Below are positions 32,048 to 46,897 of a stretch of DNA of 64,000 bases, piece by piece (positions within the stretch are counted from its first letter, which is position 1; every line of letters begins with the position of its first letter). A program made the position numbers and the translations under genes. Where the stretch lies: the NCBI RefSeq assembly GCF_056712565.1, contig NZ_CM160072.1; one strand, 5' to 3'. The notes under the pieces were generated by a model that was not told the origin of the DNA, did not search any database, and saw nothing but the letters and a program-made list of their open reading frames with translations.

Positions 32048-33538
32048 TTATTGACGCCGTAAACGCATTATTTTGCGGATTATTGGCGTCAGTAGCGTAA
32101 AGGCGGCCAGAGTCAGCAATGCCAGAGTGATCGGTCGGGTATACAGAAAGTCGAGTGAACCCCCTGAAAGCGACAGCGCACGGCGAAAATTACTTTCCGC
32201 CATTGGCCCCATAATCAATGCCAGGACCACTGGCGACGCCGGATATCCCCCTTTCTGCATGAAATAGCCCACTACGCCCGCAATCAACATAATGCCGACA
32301 TCAAACAGGCTGTTGTTCAGTGCATAAGTCCCGACCACACAAAGTGCGAGGATCATCGGTGTGAGAATATTGCCGGGAATTTTCACCACATTACCGATGA
32401 CTTTCAAAGAGAGCAGTCCAAGAACTAGTAGCATGAAGTAACAGAAGATCATGCCGACAAACAGCGTATAAACCATATCACCGTGGTCGGTAAACATCAG
32501 CGGGCCTGGTTGCATTCCCTGTAACGTTAACGCGCCCAGCATGATGGCGGTTACCGCATCGCCAGGGATCCCCAGCGTCAGCATAGGTAACAATGCGCCA
32601 CCGGTGCAGCCATTCGCGCCTGCCTCACAGGAGGCCACAGCTTTAATTTCACCCTTACCAAAGTTTTCTGGTGTCTTACTGAAACGACGAGTTTCGTTAT
32701 AGGCAACAAAAGCTGCAATATCCGCCCCCGCACCGGGGATCATGCCGATAAAAACCCCTAATCCTGATGAGCGCAAAATGGTTAATGCGATGCGGCGTAG
32801 TGTTTGCCAGGGCAGTAACAGACTGCCGATAGCCACCTTCGCGCCCCGACGAATTTGCTGGTTTTGCTCCATAGAGCGGAATGCTTCTGAAGCAGCAAAT
32901 AAACCAATCATCACCGGGATAAATGGCACATTCATCAGCTCCACAAATCCACCTGTAAACCGTGGAAAACCGCCCATTGGATCAAGGCCTATCGTTGCGA
33001 TCAGCAATCCGCCAACCCCGGCAATCAGCCCCTTAATCAGCGACTCACCGGAAATACTGGCAATAATGCTCAGTCCGAAGGTTGCCAGGGCGAAGGACTC
33101 CGAGGCACTAAATTTCAGCGCCCAACTGGCAAGTACCGGAGAGAGAAACATCAGCACGATAATGCTGAGCGTTCCGCCACTAAAGGAAGAGAACGTGGCG
33201 GCACTCAATGCCAGCCCTGCTTTTCCCTGTTTCGTCAGCTCATAACCATCAATAGCGGTGGCTGCGGCGGCAGGTGTTCCGGGAATTTTGAGCAAAATTG
33301 CGGTGATAGAACCACCGTAGACGCCACCAAAAAAGACGCCGCAAATCATCAACAATCCAGAAACAGGCTCCATGCCGTAGGTGAAAGGCAGCAAAATCGC
33401 CACACCCATGGTCGCTGTCAGACCAGGCAAAGCGCCAATCACAATACCCAGCATCACCCCAAAAGTGGCAAACAGCAGCGCCTGAGGATTATTGAGTAAT
33501 GTCGAAAAACCCTGAGTTAAAAGTTCACTTTCAAACAT
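32048..33538 (-). CDS. Tripartite tricarboxylate transporter, large permease TctA-like
   Basis: 496-aa polytopic membrane protein, last gene of the tctCBA-like set. Confidence 0.8.
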   Translation of the reverse strand: MFESELLTQGFSTLLNNPQALLFATFGVMLGIVIGALPGLTATMGVAILLPFTYGMEPVSGLLMICGVFFGGVYGGSITAILLKIPGTPAAAATAIDGYELTKQGKAGLALSAATFSSFSGGTLSIIVLMFLSPVLASWALKFSASESFALATFGLSIIASISGESLIKGLIAGVGGLLIATIGLDPMGGFPRFTGGFVELMNVPFIPVMIGLFAASEAFRSMEQNQQIRRGAKVAIGSLLLPWQTLRRIALTILRSSGLGVFIGMIPGAGADIAAFVAYNETRRFSKTPENFGKGEIKAVASCEAGANGCTGGALLPMLTLGIPGDAVTAIMLGALTLQGMQPGPLMFTDHGDMVYTLFVGMIFCYFMLLVLGLLSLKVIGNVVKIPGNILTPMILALCVVGTYALNNSLFDVGIMLIAGVVGYFMQKGGYPASPVVLALIMGPMAESNFRRALSLSGGSLDFLYTRPITLALLTLAAFTLLTPIIRKIMRLRRQ

Positions 33539-33550
33539 TGCTGGCCCCTG

Positions 33551-34060
33551 TTATTCGAAAAATGTGCCGACAGGCAATGGCACCTGTAACGCTTCGACAA
33601 ACAGCAACCAGAGGATTGCCGTTAACAGCAGCGCAATACCCGGTGTGAGTACCCATCGCCTGTAGCCCATCAACGTCATAATGACGATGAGGAAAACAGG
33701 AGTAGTAATGAGATAACCGCAGTAGCTCATCGCCACAATATAAAACGCGGTTGCCGCAATTCCTGTTGCTGTTTTCCTGAATGCCGGTTTTTCCTGTGCG
33801 TTGGCGCAAGAGGCTGGTTTTGCCTGCAAAAGATCGCGTATCACCAGCAAGACAGCGAGCACAATCAGGGCACAGGCATAGAAGGTAGGGAAGGCACTTG
33901 CACCGGGATCCGTTTCAATGGCAGTTGCTGGAAAATCAGCGGCATTAATCATCACCGCGCCAGCAACCACACAAAGTAACAGCGCCACCACCATCGTTGA
34001 TGAAAGGCGCTTGCGGTGCGGTACGGCGAGTTGAGCAACAGACTGTTTTGTGTTCATCAA
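33551..34060 (-). CDS. Tripartite tricarboxylate transporter, small permease TctB-like
   Basis: 169-aa, 4-TM protein between tctC-like and tctA-like genes. Confidence 0.7.
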   Translation of the reverse strand: MMNTKQSVAQLAVPHRKRLSSTMVVALLLCVVAGAVMINAADFPATAIETDPGASAFPTFYACALIVLAVLLVIRDLLQAKPASCANAQEKPAFRKTATGIAATAFYIVAMSYCGYLITTPVFLIVIMTLMGYRRWVLTPGIALLLTAILWLLFVEALQVPLPVGTFFE

Positions 34061-34073
34061 CCGTACCTCAGGT

Positions 34074-35048
34074 TTATTTTTTCAGGCCCAGGCGAGTCAG
34101 CAACTCGTCAAAGTACTTTTCCTGTTCGCTGATTTGGGTCTGGAAGCTGGCAGCGTCAAGCCATGCATAGTTGAGATTCAACTTTTGCAGTGCATCCTGG
34201 AATGCAGGCTCTTCAGCCGTCTCTTTTGCTGCCTTTGCCAGAACATCCACCACATCCTGCTGCGTTTTTTGCGACACAATCAGGCCGCGCCAGGTGCCGA
34301 TGGAGAGATCAACGCCTTTCTCTTTTAACGTCGGGACGTCAGGCATGGTTTTCATTCGCTCATCCGCCATCACTACCAGTGTCTTCAGCTTGCCGCCATT
34401 CACATGGTTGATAACTTCTCCTGGGCTTACGGAAACCGCTTCAATGTGCCCACCTAACAGGCCTGTAATGGCAGGGGCTGCGCCGTCATACGGGACATGA
34501 GAAAACTTTGCGCCCGTTTTGTCTTCCAGTGCAGCTGCCGCCAGATGCCAGATAGCTCCGGTGCCTGAGTTACCAATGCGTACTTTTCCGGGATTCGCTT
34601 TGGCGTAAGTCATAAATTCTTCATAGCTATTCCACGGCGCATCGGCACGGACTGTGATAGCAGCCGGATCCGCATTCAGACGGGCAATGGGTTTAAAGTC
34701 GCTGGTTTTAAAACGCACCATTCCGAGGCTGGGAAGGGTGGTTAGTTCAACCGTGCCTAAACCAATTTTGTAACCGTTAGGGCGGGCAGCGGCGATTTCA
34801 CTCAGGCCGATAGCACCGCCTCCGCCAGGTTTATTGATAACCCCGATGCTGACGGGTAAATGGTTTTTGGCGGCATCAGCAAAGGCACGGGCAACCAGAT
34901 CCGTACCGCCTCCGGCAGCGTAGGGAACGACTAACTCGATCTGTTTGGTTGGGTAGGAGGCTGCCTGTACAGGCGCAATGCTGAGGGCAGCGCCTGCAAG
35001 AAGTACCATTGCAGCCATTTTTTTCGGTAAGGTAAGATGTTTTATCAT
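34074..35048 (-). CDS. Tripartite tricarboxylate transporter, periplasmic binding protein TctC-like (Bug family)
   Basis: 324 aa with signal peptide (MIKHLTLPKKMAAMVLLAGAALSIAPVQA) and Bug/TctC-like body. Confidence 0.8.
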   Translation of the reverse strand: MIKHLTLPKKMAAMVLLAGAALSIAPVQAASYPTKQIELVVPYAAGGGTDLVARAFADAAKNHLPVSIGVINKPGGGGAIGLSEIAAARPNGYKIGLGTVELTTLPSLGMVRFKTSDFKPIARLNADPAAITVRADAPWNSYEEFMTYAKANPGKVRIGNSGTGAIWHLAAAALEDKTGAKFSHVPYDGAAPAITGLLGGHIEAVSVSPGEVINHVNGGKLKTLVVMADERMKTMPDVPTLKEKGVDLSIGTWRGLIVSQKTQQDVVDVLAKAAKETAEEPAFQDALQKLNLNYAWLDAASFQTQISEQEKYFDELLTRLGLKK

Positions 35049-35072
35049 TGCTTTTATATCCTTATTTATCAG

Positions 35073-35702
35073 TTAGTTGCTATTTAAATTGTTCCATGCG
35101 TTCATAAACAGTACTGCATTTTCATAGACTTGCTCTGGCGTCATGCCGGGGCGATATAGCGCAGAACCGAGGCCAAAGCCGTTTGCGCCGTGGCTCAGAT
35201 AATGCGCCATGGTTTCCGGTGTGATACCGCCAACCGGTAACATCGGAACGGATTGTGGAATAACCGCACGCCAGGCTTTGGTAACTTCTGGCGTAATTTG
35301 TTCAGCCGGGAACAGCTTGATGGCATTAGCACCATGTTCAATGGCAGCAAAGGCTTCGGTGGGCGTGGCGACGCCAGGCGCACAATACATACCCAGCGCA
35401 CGGGCGCGACGGATCACCGCAGTATCGCAATGCGGCATCACGATAATCTGGCCCCCAGCCTCTTTAACCGCAACCACCTGCTCTACCGAAAGCACAGTTC
35501 CGGCTCCGACCAGGCAGTCCTTAGGCAGGGCGTCGCGCAGTAAACTGATACTTTGCAACGCCTCCGGCGAGTTCATAGGAATCTCAATCAGGCGGAATCC
35601 GGCGGCGTACAGTTTTTCACCGATGGCGACAATCTCATCCGGTTTCACACCGCGTAAAATGGCGACTAACCCGGTTTTTTGCAAAAGCGTATTAAATGGC
35701 AT
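35073..35702 (-). CDS. 2-dehydro-3-deoxy-6-phosphogalactonate (KDPGal) aldolase-like, DgoA family
   Basis: From MPFNTLLQKTGLVAILRG...; blocks LVAILRG, EIPMNSP, GAGTVL and VGGITPE parallel E. coli DgoA; ORF-track start extends into the upstream kinase. Confidence 0.8.
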   Translation of the reverse strand: MPFNTLLQKTGLVAILRGVKPDEIVAIGEKLYAAGFRLIEIPMNSPEALQSISLLRDALPKDCLVGAGTVLSVEQVVAVKEAGGQIIVMPHCDTAVIRRARALGMYCAPGVATPTEAFAAIEHGANAIKLFPAEQITPEVTKAWRAVIPQSVPMLPVGGITPETMAHYLSHGANGFGLGSALYRPGMTPEQVYENAVLFMNAWNNLNSN

Positions 35703-36696
35703 GGGTACATTCCCTGGCGTTGGTGGACAGTAACCCGGCAGCGTGGGCGATTCGCCATAATCCCTGTTCAGTGGCATTGGGAATGGCGTGTATCTGTCTG
35801 TCGGGAAAAACGTGGCTGAATGCTTGTGAATAGCGGCTGTTCAGATTTGCGCTACCGATTAAGGCGATCGGTGTTGTGGCGGGTAAATCACGTAGCAAAC
35901 TGGATGCCAGACCACATAATTCATGGCCTATCAGTAATCCGGAAAGGTAATCCCCCTGCGAGGACGACGTAAGATTACTGGTCAGCAGGCGCGAACGGGT
36001 CGAAAACAGCGTCGATAATAATCCGGTCTGATGATGCTCTTGTGCTGCTGTCAGCCCGTGGGTGAAGGCATCCCAGTGCGGTTCATCTCCAGGATGCATG
36101 GTGGCACCGAGAATCGAATGGCGGGATAAAACATCAAATAACTCGCCCGTCATAAAGGTTCGGAAATCGGTAATGGTGTTGTTTTCAACTACTGCCCATT
36201 TCGCATGTGTGCCGGGTAAGCCTATCAGCACTGGCATACCCTGATGGATTGCGTTTTGCAGGGCCGGTTCCATCGAGATAGCACCGAAGATTTGTGTCTC
36301 TTCGCCACGCATCACTTCGGGCATTTCACCTTCTTTAATCACGCCAGGAATGATGTGCAGCATTGTCTGCTGCTGGTGGATAACAGGCGTCAACTGCTTC
36401 GCCAGACCCTCGAGAGTGACCGGGCAAGGTAAATAAGCTGCTGGTTGCCACCCTTGCGCACTGCCGAGCATGCCGCAAGCCAGTACCGGGCATGGGGTTT
36501 GTGCCAGCCAGTCGCTGCAGACACGTAAAAACGTATCGTGGAAAGTGTCCTCACGTGTTGCTGCCTGGGAGGGTAATTTCATGATCCCCCAGGGGAATTC
36601 ACGTTTTTCTTGTGGATTTGGTGATTCGCCAAAACGCCATGCCCGAAGCGATGACGTTCCCCAGTCCAGGGCAATAAATGAGGGTGCTCCCGGCAT
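35692..36696 (-). CDS. 2-dehydro-3-deoxygalactonokinase-like, DgoK family
   Basis: 334 aa; blocks IALDWGTSSLRAW, VMRGEETQ, PGTHAKW, DFRTFMTGEL and LSGLLIG parallel DgoK. Confidence 0.8.
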   Translation of the reverse strand: MPGAPSFIALDWGTSSLRAWRFGESPNPQEKREFPWGIMKLPSQAATREDTFHDTFLRVCSDWLAQTPCPVLACGMLGSAQGWQPAAYLPCPVTLEGLAKQLTPVIHQQQTMLHIIPGVIKEGEMPEVMRGEETQIFGAISMEPALQNAIHQGMPVLIGLPGTHAKWAVVENNTITDFRTFMTGELFDVLSRHSILGATMHPGDEPHWDAFTHGLTAAQEHHQTGLLSTLFSTRSRLLTSNLTSSSQGDYLSGLLIGHELCGLASSLLRDLPATTPIALIGSANLNSRYSQAFSHVFPDRQIHAIPNATEQGLWRIAHAAGLLSTNARECTHAI

Positions 36697-36719
36697 TAGT
36701 CGTTTCCTTTAATCATGGT

Positions 36720-37487
36720 TTATTTATCTTTGCGGACGTGCTTACCCCAGCCCAGTTCAGCGGATATCTCTTCTGCACAGGATTTGACGTAAGGTGCCAG
36801 TTCTTCCAGACGCGCCAGCGACATATACGTGGTGGTACTGGCGACAGAAATAGCCGCCACAATTTCATCCCGGGCGTTGTAAACCGGCGCTGCAACGCAA
36901 CGGATAGTCGGCTCGTTCTCTTCCAGATCAAAAGCAAAACCACTGGCGGCATAACGACGCATGTTCTGAATAAATGCGCCCAGTTTTGTTTCATCACCAC
37001 AGGTCTTAAACAGCGTGCGCCACTCTTCTTCTGTTCGGTTGAGGATCAATGCCTTGCCGATGCCGGTGATTGCCAGTGGCATGCGATGGCCTGGGCGTGA
37101 GCGCATTTCCAGCCCGCGCTGACTGTTGATCTTCTCCAGATACAGCACTTCGTCGCCTTCAACGATCCCCAGATGCACGGTGTCCAGGGTGTAACGGGCA
37201 AGGCGTTGCAAAACGGGCTGGGCAATTTCGTACAGCGAGGTGCTTTCCAGTGCTCTGGCACCGAATTCGATCAGTTTGGCACCCAGTTGGTAGCCCTGCG
37301 TTGGGACATGGCGCAGGTAGCGTTGTTCCACCAGAACGGTGACTAAACGATGGGTTGTGCTCCGGGTCGTGCCGGTGAACTCGCCGATACTTTTTAGGTC
37401 ATGGCAGCCGTTATAAACAGCATTAAGAACCGCCAGTCCACGTAATAACGTTTGTGCGCCTGCGGTGGTTGAAGAGGTTTCTGCCAT
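36720..37487 (-). CDS. IclR-family transcriptional regulator (KdgR-like)
   Basis: From MAETSSTTAGAQTLLRGLAVL... (255 aa); N-terminal wHTH and C-terminal effector domain typical of IclR. Confidence 0.8.
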   Translation of the reverse strand: MAETSSTTAGAQTLLRGLAVLNAVYNGCHDLKSIGEFTGTTRSTTHRLVTVLVEQRYLRHVPTQGYQLGAKLIEFGARALESTSLYEIAQPVLQRLARYTLDTVHLGIVEGDEVLYLEKINSQRGLEMRSRPGHRMPLAITGIGKALILNRTEEEWRTLFKTCGDETKLGAFIQNMRRYAASGFAFDLEENEPTIRCVAAPVYNARDEIVAAISVASTTTYMSLARLEELAPYVKSCAEEISAELGWGKHVRKDK

Positions 37488-37703
37488 ACGTTTCTCCTGA
37501 TGATATTGCTGAAGTGTTCCACATAATGACGTGGGGAAAAGGTGATATATCCCACAATATAAACTCCATCTCATATTGTGGGATAAAATAATGAAAATTA
37601 ACGATCGTTTTGCGTAGCGCCTCGCAGGAAACTTCTTTCAAACTGGACGTTTGTACAGCACAATTCTATTTTGTGCGGGTAAGTTGTTGCGTCAGGAGGC
37701 GTT

Positions 37704-39131
37704 GTGGATTTCTCAATCATGGTTTACGCAGTTATTGCATTGGTGGGTGTGGCAATTGGCTGGCTGTTTGCCAGTTATCAACATGCGCAGCAAAAAGCCG
37801 AGCAATTAGCTGAACGTGAAGAGATGGTCGCGGAGTTAAGCGCGGCAAAACAACAAATTACCCAAAGCGAGCACTGGCGCGCAGAGTGTGAATTGCTCAA
37901 TAACGAAGTGCGCAGCCTGCAAAGTATTAACACCTCGCTGGAGGCCGATCTGCGTGAAGTGACCACGCGGATGGAAGCCGCACAGCAACACGCTGACGAT
38001 AAAATTCGCCAGATGATCAACAGCGAACAGCGCCTCAGTGAGCAATTTGAAAACCTTGCCAACCGTATTTTTGAACACAGTAATCGTCGGGTTGATGAGC
38101 AAAATCGCCAGAGTCTGAACAGTCTTTTGTCGCCGTTGCGTGAACAACTGGATGGTTTCCGCCGTCAGGTCCAGGACAGCTTTGGTAAAGAAGCCCAAGA
38201 ACGTCATACCCTGACTCACGAAATCCGCAACCTCCAGCAACTCAACGCCCAGATGGCCCAGGAAGCGATCAACCTGACGCGTGCGCTGAAAGGCGACAAT
38301 AAAACCCAGGGCAACTGGGGCGAGGTAGTATTGACGCGGGTGCTGGAGGCTTCCGGTCTGCGTGAAGGGTATGAATATGAAACCCAGGTCAGCATCGAAA
38401 ATGACGCCCGCTCGCGGATGCAGCCGGATGTCATCGTGCGGTTGCCGCAGGGAAAAGATGTGGTGATCGACGCCAAAATGACGCTGGTCGCCTATGAACG
38501 CTATTTCAACGCCGAAGATGACTACACCCGCGAAAGCGCGCTACAGGAACATATCGCGTCGGTACGTAACCATATCCGTTTGCTGGGACGCAAAGATTAT
38601 CAACAGCTGCCGGGGCTGCGAACTCTGGATTACGTGCTGATGTTTATTCCCGTTGAACCCGCTTTTTTACTGGCGCTTGACCGTCAGCCGGAGCTGATCA
38701 CCGAAGCGTTGAAAAACAATATCATGCTGGTTAGCCCGACTACGCTGCTGGTGGCGCTGCGCACTATCGCCAACCTGTGGCGTTATGAGCATCAAAGTCG
38801 TAACGCCCAGAAAATCGCCGATCGCGCCAGCAAGCTGTACGACAAAATGCGCTTGTTTGTCGATGACATGTCCGCGATCGGTCAAAGTCTCGACAAAGCG
38901 CAGGATAACTATCGCCAGGCAATGAAAAAACTCTCTTCAGGTCGCGGAAATGTGCTGGCGCAGGCAGAAGCGTTTCGCGGTTTAGGGGTAGAAATTAAAC
39001 GCGAGATTAATCCGGATTTGGCTGAACAGGCGGTGAGCCAGGATGAAGAGTATCGACTTCGGTCGGTTCCGGAGCAGCCGAATGATGAAGCTTATCAACG
39101 CGATGATGAATATAATCAGCAGTCGCGCTAG
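37704..39131 (+). CDS. rmuC: DNA recombination protein RmuC
   Basis: 475 aa; N-terminal TM helix, long coiled coil and C-terminal RmuC domain; K-12 synteny. Confidence 0.93.
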   Translation: MDFSIMVYAVIALVGVAIGWLFASYQHAQQKAEQLAEREEMVAELSAAKQQITQSEHWRAECELLNNEVRSLQSINTSLEADLREVTTRMEAAQQHADDKIRQMINSEQRLSEQFENLANRIFEHSNRRVDEQNRQSLNSLLSPLREQLDGFRRQVQDSFGKEAQERHTLTHEIRNLQQLNAQMAQEAINLTRALKGDNKTQGNWGEVVLTRVLEASGLREGYEYETQVSIENDARSRMQPDVIVRLPQGKDVVIDAKMTLVAYERYFNAEDDYTRESALQEHIASVRNHIRLLGRKDYQQLPGLRTLDYVLMFIPVEPAFLLALDRQPELITEALKNNIMLVSPTTLLVALRTIANLWRYEHQSRNAQKIADRASKLYDKMRLFVDDMSAIGQSLDKAQDNYRQAMKKLSSGRGNVLAQAEAFRGLGVEIKREINPDLAEQAVSQDEEYRLRSVPEQPNDEAYQRDDEYNQQSR

Positions 39132-39225
39132 CCCATTGGGGGTAGTTAAGCCGGGTAGAAATCTAGGGCATCGACGCCCAATCTGTTACACTTCTGGAAC
39201 AATTTTTTGATGAGCAGGCATTGAG

Positions 39226-39981
39226 ATGGTGGATAAGTCACAAGAAACGACGCACTTTGGTTTTCAGACCGTCGCGAAGGAACAAAAAGCGGATATGGTC
39301 GCCCACGTTTTCCATTCCGTGGCATCAAAATACGATGTCATGAATGATTTGATGTCATTCGGTATTCATCGTTTGTGGAAGCGATTCACGATTGATTGCA
39401 GCGGCGTACGCCGTGGGCAGACCGTGCTGGATCTGGCTGGTGGCACCGGCGACCTGACAGCGAAATTCTCTCGCCTGGTCGGAGAAACTGGCAAAGTGGT
39501 CCTTGCTGATATCAATGAATCCATGCTCAAAATGGGCCGCGAGAAGCTGCGTAATATCGGTGTGATTGGCAACGTTGAGTATGTTCAGGCGAACGCTGAG
39601 GCGCTGCCGTTCCCGGATAACACCTTTGATTGCATCACCATTTCGTTTGGTCTGCGTAACGTCACCGACAAAGATAAAGCACTGCGTTCAATGTATCGCG
39701 TGCTGAAACCCGGCGGCCGCCTGCTGGTACTTGAGTTCTCGAAGCCAATTATCGAGCCGCTGAGCAAAGCCTATGATGCATACTCCTTCCATGTGCTGCC
39801 GCGTATTGGCTCACTGGTCGCGAACGACGCCGACAGCTACCGTTATCTGGCAGAATCCATCCGTATGCATCCCGATCAGGATACCCTGAAAACCATGATG
39901 CAGGATGCCGGATTCGAAAGTGTCGACTACTACAATCTGACGGCAGGGGTTGTGGCGCTGCATCGTGGTTATAAGTTCTGA
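39226..39981 (+). CDS. ubiE: Ubiquinone/menaquinone C-methyltransferase
   Basis: 251 aa; SAM-binding LDLAGGTGD motif. Confidence 0.96.
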
Positions 39982-39994
39982 CAGGAGACCGGAA

Positions 39995-42237
<2,243 letters not shown>

Positions 42238-42315
42238 TTTTTTCATCGCTCAAGGCGGGCCGTGTAACGTATAATGCGGCTTTGTTTAATCATCATCTAC
42301 CACAGAGGAACATGT

Positions 42316-42585
42316 ATGGGTGGTATCAGTATTTGGCAGTTATTGATTATTGCCGTCATCGTTGTACTGCTTTTTGGCACCAAAAAGCTCGGCTCCATCG
42401 GTTCCGATCTTGGTGCGTCGATCAAAGGCTTTAAAAAAGCAATGAGCGATGATGAACCAAAGCAGGATAAAACCAGCCAGGATGCTGATTTTACTGCGAA
42501 AACTATCGCCGATAAGCAGGCGGATACGAATCAGGAACAGGCTAAAACAGAAGACGCGAAGCGCCACGATAAAGAGCAGGTGTAA
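42316..42585 (+). CDS. tatA: Twin-arginine translocase TatA
   Basis: From [27 protein letters not shown] (89 aa). Confidence 0.95.
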   Translation: MGGISIWQLLIIAVIVVLLFGTKKLGSIGSDLGASIKGFKKAMSDDEPKQDKTSQDADFTAKTIADKQADTNQEQAKTEDAKRHDKEQV

Positions 42586-42588
42586 TCT

Positions 42589-43104
42589 GTGTTTGATATC
42601 GGTTTTAGCGAACTGCTATTGGTGTTCATCATCGGCCTCGTCGTTCTGGGGCCGCAACGACTGCCTGTGGCGGTAAAAACGGTAGCGGGCTGGATTCGCG
42701 CGTTGCGTTCACTGGCGACAACGGTGCAGAACGAACTGACCCAGGAGTTAAAACTCCAGGAGTTTCAGGACAGTCTGAAAAAGGTTGAAAAGGCGAGCCT
42801 CACTAGCCTGACGCCCGAACTGAAAGCGTCGATGGATGAATTACGCCAGGCTGCGGAGTCGATGAAGCGTTCCTACGTTGCAAACGATCCTGAAAAGGCG
42901 AGCGATGAAGCGCACACCATCCATAACCCGGTGGTGAAAGACAATGAAACTGCGCATGAAGGCGTAACGCCTGCTGCTGCACAAACGCAGGCCAGTTCGC
43001 CGGAACAGAAGCCAGAAACCACGCCAGAGCCGGTGGTAAAACCTGCTGCGGACGCTGAACCGAAAACCGCTGCACCTTCCCCTTCGTCGAGTGATAAACC
43101 GTAA
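42589..43104 (+). CDS. tatB: Twin-arginine translocase TatB
   Basis: 171 aa; [26 protein letters not shown]. Confidence 0.95.
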   Translation: MFDIGFSELLLVFIIGLVVLGPQRLPVAVKTVAGWIRALRSLATTVQNELTQELKLQEFQDSLKKVEKASLTSLTPELKASMDELRQAAESMKRSYVANDPEKASDEAHTIHNPVVKDNETAHEGVTPAAAQTQASSPEQKPETTPEPVVKPAADAEPKTAAPSPSSSDKP

Positions 43105-43106
43105 AC

Positions 43107-43883
43107 ATGTCTGTAGAAGATACTCAACCGCTTATCACGCATCTGATTGAGCTGCGTAAGCGTCTGCTGAACTGCATTATCTCGGTGATCGTGATATTCC
43201 TGTGTCTGGTCTATTTCGCCAATGACATCTATCACCTGGTATCCGCGCCACTGATCAAGCAGTTGCCGCAAGGTTCAACGATGATCGCCACCGACGTGGC
43301 CTCGCCGTTCTTTACGCCGATCAAGCTGACCTTTATGGTGTCGCTGATTCTGTCAGCGCCGGTGATTCTCTATCAGGTGTGGGCGTTTATCGCCCCAGCG
43401 CTGTATAAGCATGAACGTCGCCTGGTGGTGCCGCTGCTGGTTTCCAGCTCTCTGCTGTTTTATATCGGCATGGCGTTCGCCTACTTTGTGGTCTTTCCGC
43501 TGGCATTTGGCTTCCTTGCCAATACCGCGCCGGAAGGGGTACAGGTATCCACCGACATCGCGAGCTATTTAAGCTTCGTTATGGCGCTGTTTATGGCGTT
43601 TGGTGTCTCCTTTGAAGTGCCGGTGGCAATTGTGCTGCTGTGCTGGATGGGGATTACCTCGCCAGAAGACTTACGCAAAAAACGCCCGTATGTGCTGGTT
43701 GGTGCATTCGTTGTCGGGATGTTGCTGACGCCGCCGGATGTCTTCTCGCAAACGCTGTTGGCGATCCCTATGTACTGCCTGTTTGAAATCGGTGTCTTCT
43801 TCTCACGCTTTTACGTTGGTAAAGGGCGAAACCGGGAAGAGGAAAACGACGCTGAAGCAGAAAGCGAAAAAACTGAAGAATAA
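43107..43883 (+). CDS. tatC: Twin-arginine translocase TatC
   Basis: 258 aa, 6-TM protein. Confidence 0.95.
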   Translation: MSVEDTQPLITHLIELRKRLLNCIISVIVIFLCLVYFANDIYHLVSAPLIKQLPQGSTMIATDVASPFFTPIKLTFMVSLILSAPVILYQVWAFIAPALYKHERRLVVPLLVSSSLLFYIGMAFAYFVVFPLAFGFLANTAPEGVQVSTDIASYLSFVMALFMAFGVSFEVPVAIVLLCWMGITSPEDLRKKRPYVLVGAFVVGMLLTPPDVFSQTLLAIPMYCLFEIGVFFSRFYVGKGRNREEENDAEAESEKTEE

Positions 43884-43924
43884 ATTCAACCGCCCGTCAG
43901 GGCGGTTGTCATATGGAGTACAGG

Positions 43925-45237
<1,313 letters not shown>

Positions 45238-45358
45238 TTACGCTAAGTTAATTATATTCCCCGGTTTGCGTTATACCGTCAGAGTTCACGCTAATTTAAC
45301 AAATTTACAGCATCGCAAAGATGAACGCCGTATAATGGGCGCAGATTAAGAGGCTACA

Positions 45359-46852
45359 ATGGACGCCATGAAATATAACGATTTACGCGACTTCTTGACG
45401 CTGCTTGAACAGCAGGGTGAGCTAAAACGTATCACGCTCCCGGTGGATCCGCACCTGGAAATCACTGAAATTGCTGACCGCACTTTGCGTGCCGGTGGGC
45501 CTGCGCTGTTGTTCGAAAACCCTAAAGGCTACTCAATGCCGGTGCTGTGCAACCTGTTCGGTACGCCAAAGCGCGTGGCGATGGGCATGGGGCAGGAAGA
45601 TGTTTCGGCGCTGCGTGAAGTTGGTAAATTATTGGCGTTTCTGAAAGAGCCGGAGCCGCCAAAAGGTTTCCGCGACCTGTTTGATAAACTGCCGCAGTTT
45701 AAGCAAGTATTGAACATGCCGACAAAGCGACTGCGTGGTGCACCCTGCCAACAAAAAATCGTCTCTGGCGATGACGTCGATCTCAATCGCATTCCCATTA
45801 TGACCTGCTGGCCGGAAGATGCCGCGCCGCTGATTACCTGGGGGCTCACCGTAACGCGCGGCCCGCATAAAGAGCGGCAGAATCTGGGCATTTATCGCCA
45901 GCAGCTAATTGGTAAAAACAAACTGATTATGCGCTGGCTGTCGCATCGCGGCGGCGCGTTGGATTATCAGGAGTGGTGTGCGGCGCATCCGGGCGAACGT
46001 TTCCCGGTTTCTGTGGCGCTGGGTGCCGATCCTGCCACGATTCTCGGTGCAGTCACCCCCGTTCCGGATACGCTTTCAGAGTATGCGTTTGCCGGATTGC
46101 TGCGCGGTACCAAGACCGAAGTGGTGAAGTGTATCTCCAATGACCTTGAAGTGCCCGCCAGTGCGGAGATTGTGCTGGAAGGGTATATCGAACAAGGCGA
46201 AACTGCGCCGGAAGGGCCGTATGGCGACCACACCGGTTACTATAACGAAGTCGATAGTTTTCCGGTATTTACCGTGACGCATATTACCCAGCGTGAAGAT
46301 GCGATTTATCATTCCACCTATACCGGGCGTCCGCCAGATGAACCTGCGGTACTGGGTGTAGCACTGAACGAAGTGTTCGTGCCGATTCTGCAAAAACAGT
46401 TCCCGGAAATTGTCGATTTTTATCTGCCGCCGGAAGGCTGTTCTTATCGTCTGGCGGTAGTGACGATCAAAAAACAGTACGCCGGACACGCGAAGCGCGT
46501 CATGATGGGCGTCTGGTCGTTCTTACGCCAGTTTATGTACACTAAATTTGTGATCGTTTGCGATGATGACGTCAACGCCCGCGACTGGAACGATGTGATT
46601 TGGGCGATTACCACCCGTATGGACCCGGCGCGGGATACTGTTCTGGTAGAAAATACGCCTATTGATTATCTGGATTTTGCCTCGCCTGTCTCCGGGCTGG
46701 GTTCAAAAATGGGGCTGGATGCCACGAATAAATGGCCGGGTGAAACCCAGCGTGAATGGGGACGTCCCATCAAAAAAGATCCAGATGTTGTCGCGCATAT
46801 TGACGCCATTTGGGATGAACTGGCTATTTTTAACAACGGTAAAAGCGCCTGA
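45359..46852 (+). CDS. ubiD: 3-octaprenyl-4-hydroxybenzoate decarboxylase UbiD
   Basis: 497 aa; matches UbiD. Confidence 0.95.
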   Translation: MDAMKYNDLRDFLTLLEQQGELKRITLPVDPHLEITEIADRTLRAGGPALLFENPKGYSMPVLCNLFGTPKRVAMGMGQEDVSALREVGKLLAFLKEPEPPKGFRDLFDKLPQFKQVLNMPTKRLRGAPCQQKIVSGDDVDLNRIPIMTCWPEDAAPLITWGLTVTRGPHKERQNLGIYRQQLIGKNKLIMRWLSHRGGALDYQEWCAAHPGERFPVSVALGADPATILGAVTPVPDTLSEYAFAGLLRGTKTEVVKCISNDLEVPASAEIVLEGYIEQGETAPEGPYGDHTGYYNEVDSFPVFTVTHITQREDAIYHSTYTGRPPDEPAVLGVALNEVFVPILQKQFPEIVDFYLPPEGCSYRLAVVTIKKQYAGHAKRVMMGVWSFLRQFMYTKFVIVCDDDVNARDWNDVIWAITTRMDPARDTVLVENTPIDYLDFASPVSGLGSKMGLDATNKWPGETQREWGRPIKKDPDVVAHIDAIWDELAIFNNGKSA

Positions 46853-46897
46853 TGCGCGTTTGTTTTGCCCTATTTATCGATCCGACAGAGAAAGCGC

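Noticed and set aside
14134-37703. Prophage, IS element, integron or CRISPR array as the vehicle for the islands
   Set aside because: No integrase, transposase, recombinase, terminal inverted repeats, attachment-site-like tRNA, or regularly spaced direct repeats were found in or around either island.
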